NCBI RefSeq assembly: GCF_052425735.1
Contig: NC_135764.1
Span: forward strand, 27,404,001 to 27,468,000
Source of the DNA: Oculina patagonica
Lineage: Eukaryota
DNA: 64,000 bases
Reading direction: 5' to 3'
In this document: positions 61,118 to 64,000 of the stretch, one piece after another
Layout: each line of letters opens with the position of its first letter
How positions within the stretch are numbered: position 1 is the first letter of the stretch
Position numbers and translations under genes: made by a program
The notes under the pieces: generated by a model
The model's input: only the letters and a program-made list of their open reading frames with translations
Database searches by the model: none
What the model was told of the DNA's origin: nothing

Positions 61118-62394
61118 GATTTATATAGCGCCATATCCATGGCTCATGGCGCTTTACAGTAAAAATATTATTAAAAAAAAAAATAATAATAAATGAAAAA
61201 CTTACTTAAAAAATTTACATCGATGATTAAAGGAAATACTAACAAATAAAATAGCTGAAATGTAAAAATGGAAATAAAAACTAAGAATCATTAAAATCTT
61301 TGAATGAAAAACTAACTTAACTAATTAACCAAGTGACTAACTAATTGTCTAACTGAACTATCTACTACTGGTTAACTGACTGACTAAAAGTCTAATTATA
61401 AAATTTGTTAAAAAGGTATGTCTTTATACAAGTCTTAAAATCTGATAGCGAGCCGCTCTCTCTTATATAGTTCGGGAGAGAGTTCCATAGGCTAGGTGCT
61501 ACAAAAGAAAAGCACCTTTGGCCATAGCTTACTAACTTCACAGATGGTATTTTTAATAAGTTTTTAGACGAGGATCGTAAACTCCTGGGTGGTGTATAGG
61601 GCTCTAGCATCTCAGTAATATAACCAGGGGCCTGGCCCCTGTCCCCAGAGCCCTTCATTTTCTCGTGCCAAGCCGGCTAAGAGAAACGAAAGGGCTACCG
61701 GGACGAGAATGATATGGATCAGGTTCATAATACATGCATTTCGCATTTTGGAATATAAAAAAATTAAAAGGATATAACATAGAGAAACAATCATCTTTAT
61801 ACTTTTATCTGACAAAGCATTTTATGATCTTCCTTACAGCGACACAACAGGAGAGTGCTTAAAATCGCCATCTTGCGGTGCCAAATACCCAGGCTTCCTC
61901 TACGCTTCACACCCCGATGGTCTGGAACTGGGTGAAGAAGTCAAAGGAACTGTATGCTTTGCCAAAAAAGACAAGTGTTGTTATAAGAAAGTGACGATAG
62001 CAATTATGAAGTGCGAGGGATTCTGGATTTATGAACTGCCTAGCCCTAGTCCCAAAGGAGCAAGATATTGTGGGAACAAAGGTAAATAAGAATAAATTAA
62101 ATTAAATTAATTTTTTTAACATATTTTTTCTTATTTTTCCTTTTAAGCTAATAAAATATAATATAGTCAATATAGTAGTAGCTTGCCCAGAATATCTTGG
62201 CTACCTGCGAGGTACTGAGGTCTGAAAACAATCTGCTAGATTACTGATAACTTTAATTTTACCGTTTCTAAGAGGCCATTTTAAAAGGGTTATGTCACGG
62301 TTTATCGGATATTTTTTTGAAGTACCGTGAAAGATGCTTTCAATTTGGAGCAAGCTCAAAATAAGGGTAACCAAGGTCAAAATTACTTTTACAG

Positions 62395-62445
<51 letters not shown>

Positions 62446-62713
62446 TCGAAACAAGCCGAATGTGGGGCATGAGAACGGAAACGTTACCAGTTATCATTGG
62501 AGCACTTGGAGCTATCAAAAAGGGACTAGAGAGTTATATTGGAAGAATCCCCGGCCAAATAAGCATCAGTGAACTACAGAAGATAACCTTGCTGGGTACA
62601 GCGCATATTTTGAGGAGGGTGTTGTCAAGCTAAAAACTGGCTACCCTTTAGTGCCCCAGGACCATGGTTTGGTCTCGGCGCTAAGGACTTTAAGCAAACA
62701 TTACGTAAGGAAC

Positions 62714-62758
<45 letters not shown>

Positions 62759-63934
62759 GAACGAAAAAGAATAAGCATTAAATATCCAGACAGATTACAA
62801 AAAAACAAACTGAAAAAACTGTTCGATTGGCTCGATTTTCCTTTCTGCTCTCTCCGTAATAAGACTAACAAAGATCCTTTATAATTAAGAGCCATAAATA
62901 AGACATAATCCAATATTGCTCAGTTGATTGTAGGTTTGTTGCTAAATAAGGTATTTAGATCCTTTTTCTCAATTCTTATGACTCTAAGCCAAAAGCAGAT
63001 CGTTAGCATTAAAGGCATGGGGAATGGCCATTAACTTCCGTTAAATATACAAATTACCGCTTAACAATAACATAGCAAATACAAAAAAAGATACGGATGG
63101 CCACAAGTGAAGAAGATTGAAACGGATTGCGATATGTATTTTTGAAATACTGTTGGGCGTGTTGGGCTTAACAGTTTACAAAGTTAATCTCTTATGATTG
63201 TAACTTTAAATTACAACGCCCAGGAGGCATATTTGGTTGTTATGAAGCTATGGTTTTGTCCTTAAGATCCGTAGAAGTAATTTCTTTGCAAGCACTAAGG
63301 GACGGACCATTTTTTCTTGGAGAGGGGGGGGGGGGGTGAAAAATTTTCCTCTGCAAACTTTTTTTTTTAGTTTATGCACCTCTGCAAACTGAATTTTCTT
63401 CGAAATTCTTACTATTTTTTGTTATACATATCGTTTTTGCAAACAATTTATTTTGTCTTTCCAGGCCCTGCAAACAATTTTTTTCAATATTTTTCATCCC
63501 CCCCCCCCCCTCCAAAAAAATAATGGTCCGTCCCTAAGTTTCATAGCGAGTATTTGGCAAAACTTAAAAAAAAAAAACGCCAAGCACTTAGCTGACGTCC
63601 TTTCCTATCTTTTTAAAACAGTTCCTGAAACGGAACCAGAGTGTGATGTGAAGAAGTTATTGTATGGTAAGTGTGTGTTTCTCTTGGTTTTCAGCATTTC
63701 AATCAGTTAGACGAATACTTTGTAAACTTTGTCTCTGTCTGTTTATTTTTCAGGCCTTAACAAGAAGAACGCAGCTAAATCGTGTAAAGACATAAAGAAG
63801 AGAAATAAAAACGCGGAGTCTGGTGTCTACTGGATTAACCCTGACGGCAATAACCCGACCCAGGCCTACTGCGATCAGGAAACGGACGGTGGAGGCTGGA
63901 CATTAGTTTACAGCTATACATTTACAAATTTCCG
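57654..63934 (+). CDS. Secreted protein D (last exon beyond the window)
   Basis: Exons 57654-57720, 58650-58833, 61840-62081, 63622-63666, 63754-63934. In frame, with the same phases as A and B. Confidence 0.85.
59436..60845. mobile_element. 1.4-kb non-autonomous TIR element with internal ~45-bp minisatellite
   Basis: Perfect 18-bp TIR CAGGCGGTGTTGGACACG. TSD GATCCATTC at 59427-59435 and 60846-60854. Repeats of GCGCGAAGGATAAGTGGA at about 59878-60142. Confidence 0.85.
61076..61637 (-). mobile_element. 5'-truncated L2/CR1-like LINE
   Basis: ORF end ...YTPPRSLRSSSKNLL...GQRCFSFVAPSLWNSLP..IR...FKTCIKTYLF, typical of L2 ORF2 C-termini. Tail GCGCTATATAAAT plus (ATT)n. Confidence 0.85.
62443..62713 (+). 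mobile_element. 5'-truncated RLE-type non-LTR retrotransposon (R4/Dong-like) within a (TAA)n microsatellite
   Basis: Translation RMWGMRTETLPVIIGALGAI...ELQKITLLGTAHILRRVL matches C-termini of RLE-type elements. (TAA)n lies on both sides (62396-62442, 62714-62758). Confidence 0.8.
63297..63537. mobile_element. MITE GGGACGGACCATT with poly-G/poly-C subterminal runs
   Basis: AGGGACGGACCATT / AATGGTCCGTCCCT TIR. Degenerate relatives at about 48367-48621 and 58945-59203. Confidence 0.7.
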
Positions 63935-64000
63935 GTAAAAGATATTTCTTATTAATTTATATACTTAACACAAATCTTGTAGATTACACTGTATTTTGAA

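Larger units (their letters stand above)
59431..61711. mobile_element. CATTCTC...GAGAATG MITE with 9-bp TSD, expanded by two nested insertions
   Basis: TSD ATATGGATC at 59422-59430 and 61712-61720. Confidence 0.8.

Overview
AT-rich, intron-rich animal genomic DNA. The repeat and gene content suggest a stony coral or similar cnidarian, but this is inferred. Two gene families are interleaved. (1) Two 10-exon amidase-signature genes lie in opposite orientation (1854-9276 +, 22136-32503 -). Their catalytic core keeps the exact Lys/Cys/cisSer/Ser spacing of prokaryotic CX3C (Rhodococcus/Sulfolobus-type) amidases. (2) Four copies (A-D) encode a ~397-aa secreted protein: signal peptide, variable Gly-Gly-Tyr tail, uromodulin/GP2-like D8C/D10C domain, short linker, and a fibrinogen-like YCDxxxxGGGW domain with a non-canonical C-terminal half. 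Between paralogs the D10C exon carries a large excess of amino-acid-changing codons while the fibrinogen-like exon is conserved, suggesting a diversifying secreted recognition system. Copies C and D lie in a ~10.6 kb near-identical duplication next to an assembly gap. Introns contain many nested non-autonomous transposons with readable TIRs and TSDs (TTAA Kolobok-like, 9-bp-TSD, 6-bp-TSD), tRNA-derived SINEs, L2-like fragments and a (TAA)n-targeted R4/Dong-like fragment. All exon models and codon counts were made by hand.
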